This document shows positions 60,983 through 64,000 of a DNA stretch of 64,000 nucleotides, piece by piece. A model generated the notes under the pieces. It saw only the letters and a list, made by a program, of their open reading frames with translations. It was not told the origin of the DNA and did not search any database. The translations under genes were made by a program, and so were the position numbers. Source of the stretch: Bacteroidales bacterium (GTDB lineage Bacteria; Bacteroidota; Bacteroidia; Bacteroidales; Bacteroidaceae); assembly GCA_030528715.1 (NCBI GenBank), contig JAUMYJ010000004.1:3095-67094 (forward strand), in the 5' to 3' direction. The first letter of the stretch is position 1, and every line of letters begins with the position of its first letter.

Positions 60983-61015
60983 GTAGAAGTGTGAGGAAAG
61001 AGAGTGAATGCGGAG

Positions 61016-62428
61016 TTAAAGTACATGCGTTACCTCCGTAGCATGTATTGAACGTATACGCCAAGCATCGGGGTAGAGGTTGTTGGCACGTGTACCAAGA
61101 TTATTGACAAAGCCTAAAGGCAAGCCACGGTAGGTAAGTAACACGTAGCCACGTGCTATATTAGGTGGCAATATGAGGGCTTCGGCGCGTAGGTAGGCCA
61201 AAGCCGTAGCACCATCTACGGCATGGCGTGGGAAAGCATCGGTGTGTAAGGCCGTAGTAGCCATTGCTAAGGCATGCGCAGGCTGCCAACGTTTGCCTGT
61301 ATATGTAGCAATAGGAGTACCACACTGTATTATCCGTAAGTACTTATATATTAGCTCAAAAATAGCTGTGTGCTCGCGAGGCTCTATCCATACTTCGCTA
61401 GTTGTGGCACGCCATGTGTAGTTAGTGGGGTGATTGATCCAAGGAGAGAGCTCGTCTATGACACGTTTAGGTGCAACAGCGACTGATTTGCCTTTGCTTT
61501 TTGAAGCCTTTGGAGTAGGTGTATTAGCCGTTTTGCGTAGTACTGCTAAGAAAAAACCTTCTCCTTTTGTGCGGTGTGGGTAGAAGTGATAGAAAGGCAG
61601 ACCATGACCATCGGCATCGCGCAAGATACCTGTGGAGGTTTCGGGTAGGGGGAGGGCTATGGGCTCTGCTCCTAGCTTGTCGCAGATGTAACGCACGTTG
61701 TCTTCGTCTTCGTAGCGGTTGTATGTGCACGTGCTATATACGAGTAAGCCACCAGTGCGTAGGCTAGGCCAAATATCTTCTATTATGGTGCGTTGGCGTG
61801 TATAGCATGTTGCTACGTTGGCCTCACTCCAATGAGCTATGGCTGTGGCATCTTTTCGAAACATGCCCTCGCCTGAGCAAGGTACATCGGTAGCAATGAG
61901 GTCAAAACAGCCTATAAGCGGGGCAAAGTCGGCAGGGTAATTGTTGGTTACAGCGATATCGGTATGACCCCATTTTGTGATGTTTTCGGATAATATATGT
62001 GCACGTTGAGGCAGAGGCTCGTTGGCTATGAGAAGTGAGCCTTCGGGCAATATGCTGCGCCATAGTGTAGACTTGCCACCTGGTGCAGCACACAAATCTA
62101 AGGCCGTAATAGGAGCATTAGGGAGTAGAGAGGCAACAGCCGTAATGGCCATAGAAGAGGCCTCTTGTACGTAGTAAGCACCAGCGTGGAGTAGGGGATC
62201 GGTTGTAAAAGTAGGTCGTGTAGCTAGATAGTAGGCGTCGATAGCCCATGGTACAGCATTAGTGTGTGGTGGTAGGGCAGACTGCTCTATACGTGGCCAT
62301 TTGAAAGGGTTGAGCCTGATGCTCGTAGGTGATGGTAGCGATAAGGCTTCAAAGAGGCTGTTGGCCTCATCGTGTCCTAAGAGTTGCTCCATCTGTTGTA
62401 CAAAAGCAGTAGGTAGCTGTGTAGTCAT
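61016..62428 (-). CDS. rsmF: RsmF/NOL1/NOP2 family rRNA cytosine-C5 methyltransferase
   Basis: YYVQEASSM, LDLCAAPGGKST, DVPCSGEGMFRK, YSTCT. Confidence 0.88.
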   Translation of the reverse strand: MTTQLPTAFVQQMEQLLGHDEANSLFEALSLPSPTSIRLNPFKWPRIEQSALPPHTNAVPWAIDAYYLATRPTFTTDPLLHAGAYYVQEASSMAITAVASLLPNAPITALDLCAAPGGKSTLWRSILPEGSLLIANEPLPQRAHILSENITKWGHTDIAVTNNYPADFAPLIGCFDLIATDVPCSGEGMFRKDATAIAHWSEANVATCYTRQRTIIEDIWPSLRTGGLLVYSTCTYNRYEDEDNVRYICDKLGAEPIALPLPETSTGILRDADGHGLPFYHFYPHRTKGEGFFLAVLRKTANTPTPKASKSKGKSVAVAPKRVIDELSPWINHPTNYTWRATTSEVWIEPREHTAIFELIYKYLRIIQCGTPIATYTGKRWQPAHALAMATTALHTDAFPRHAVDGATALAYLRAEALILPPNIARGYVLLTYRGLPLGFVNNLGTRANNLYPDAWRIRSIHATEVTHVL

Positions 62429-62461
62429 CGAATTTGAGAGTTGCAGCAGTGTAAAGCTTAG

Positions 62462-64000
62462 TTAAGAGCTTAGTCGGAAGCGTTGGCGGCGCGCTTCTGC
62501 TAATGAGGTAAGGGCTATTTGGGGCTTTTGCGTTTGTTCGCGTAAGGCCTTATATTGTGCTTTTACCTCACGTACGAAGTCGTCGCGCAAGGCGGGGTTC
62601 ATCAGTTTAGCCACGATGGGCACAATCTGTGAAGCATCTTTGCTCCATATAACAGGACCATCGTACACAGGGTCGATTTTGAGTGCTGTGTGTAGACGAC
62701 TCGTGGTAGCACCACCTACAAGTAGTGGGAGCGTGAGGCCTTCTTTTTGCAAGCGTGTAGCAACGTCAATCATTTCGTCAAGGCTTGGTGTGATGAGACC
62801 ACTAAGCCCTATCATATCTATCTCTCTACTTTTAGCACGCTCAATGATTTTTTCAGGTGGTGTCATCACTCCGAGGTCTTCGATGTGATAGTTGTTGCAG
62901 GCGAGAACCACGGATACGATGTTTTTACCAATATCGTGTACATCGCCCTTTACAGTAGCTAACACTAGGCGTCCAGCAGTAGCCCCTTCGGCTTTCTCGG
63001 CCTCAATGTAAGGTTGTAGGTAAGCTACTGCTTTTTTCATGGTGCGCGCTGTCTTTACGACTTGTGGTAGAAACATTTTGCCGTCACCAAAGAGTTCGCC
63101 TACTATGTTCATACCGTCCATAAGTGGGCCTTCGATGATTTCCACGGCATGAACATACTGAGGGATAACCTCATCAAGGTCTTCTTCGACATGGTCGCCA
63201 ATACCTTTGATGAGGGCATATTTGAGTCGTTCTTCAGCGTCTTTTTCTCGCCAGGCTTCTTGCTGTACTATTGCGCTACCTTGACCCTTACGCTCGGCTT
63301 CTTCGGCCTTGATGCGTTCAGCTAGCTCAATGAGGTCTTCTGAGGCACCTTTGCGACGATTGAGTACTACGTCCTCAATAATTGTGAGGTACTCCTCTGG
63401 TATGTCGCTATAAAGCACACGGCCAGCAGGATTGACGATACCCATATCCATACCTGCTTTGATTGCATGATAAAGAAAAACAGCATGCATGGCTTCGCGT
63501 ACGTATTCGTTACCACGGAAAGAGAATGATAGGTTGCTTACGCCACCGCTAACGTGTGCACCAGGTAAGTTTTGGCGTATCCAGCGAGTGGCCTCAATAA
63601 AGTCTACGCCATAGTTATCGTGCTCACTCATTCCCGTAGCGATAGCTAGTACGTTAGGATCAAAAATAATGTCTTGTGGATTAAAACCTACCTCTTCGAC
63701 AAGCAAACGATAGGCACGAGCACAAACCTCTATTTTTCGTTCGTAGGTATCGGCTTGCCCTACTTCGTCAAAAGCCATGACTACTACGGCAGCACCAAGC
63801 TGTTTAACTTCGCGAGCGTGTTCTAGAAATTCGGCTTCGCCCTCTTTGAGTGAGATTGAGTTGACTACGCTTTTACCTTGCAAACATTTTAAGCCAGCAC
63901 GTACCACAGCCCACTTAGATGAGTCTACCATTATAGGTATGCGCGAGATGTCTGGCTCAGAGATTACGAGGTTGAGAAAGTTTACCATCTCTTCCTCGGC
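62462..64000 (-). CDS. metH: Cobalamin-dependent methionine synthase (5' part outside window; ends after the B12-binding domain)
   Basis: [52 protein letters not shown]; frame open to window edge. Confidence 0.95.
   Translation of the reverse strand, partial: AEEEMVNFLNLVISEPDISRIPIMVDSSKWAVVRAGLKCLQGKSVVNSISLKEGEAEFLEHAREVKQLGAAVVVMAFDEVGQADTYERKIEVCARAYRLLVEEVGFNPQDIIFDPNVLAIATGMSEHDNYGVDFIEATRWIRQNLPGAHVSGGVSNLSFSFRGNEYVREAMHAVFLYHAIKAGMDMGIVNPAGRVLYSDIPEEYLTIIEDVVLNRRKGASEDLIELAERIKAEEAERKGQGSAIVQQEAWREKDAEERLKYALIKGIGDHVEEDLDEVIPQYVHAVEIIEGPLMDGMNIVGELFGDGKMFLPQVVKTARTMKKAVAYLQPYIEAEKAEGATAGRLVLATVKGDVHDIGKNIVSVVLACNNYHIEDLGVMTPPEKIIERAKSREIDMIGLSGLITPSLDEMIDVATRLQKEGLTLPLLVGGATTSRLHTALKIDPVYDGPVIWSKDASQIVPIVAKLMNPALRDDFVREVKAQYKALREQTQKPQIALTSLAEARRQRFRLSS

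Overview
A 64-kb chromosomal window from a Bacteroidota (most likely Prevotellaceae/Alloprevotella-like) anaerobe, inferred from TAnnTTTG promoters, T9SS C-terminal domains and Ser-type sulfatases. Housekeeping genes: rpmI (partial)-rplT, menE-like ligase, groES-groEL, mfd, serS, tRNA-Ser(GCT), a his cluster split into two convergent blocks (hisHAFIE and hisGDCB), lptB, two S9 peptidases, yigZ, a Dna2-like nuclease-helicase, mltF-like, glmM, sua5/yrdC-like, maf, gdhA, a PEP-synthase-like protein, rsmF-like and partial metH. A host-glycan foraging region lacks SusC/SusD and holds a GH20, two sulfatases, a modular GH36, a GH33 sialidase, an MFS sugar permease and a HexNAc kinase. Signals missing from the ORF track: (1) a 30-aa Gly/Pro/Asn-rich micro-ORF between groES and groEL; (2) five intergenic cassettes of four degenerate 17-bp palindromes phased every 21 bp, one directly upstream of an HU/winged-helix fusion gene, plus two related-looking cassettes with a 22-bp period; (3) a His leader peptide with a complete attenuator before hisG; (4) hisC broken by a frameshifting deletion of the PNNPTG motif; (5) a probable frameshift at the start of a zinc-ribbon membrane protein. 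No transposase, integrase, prophage or CRISPR array was seen. All family assignments come from motif recognition by eye, not database searches.
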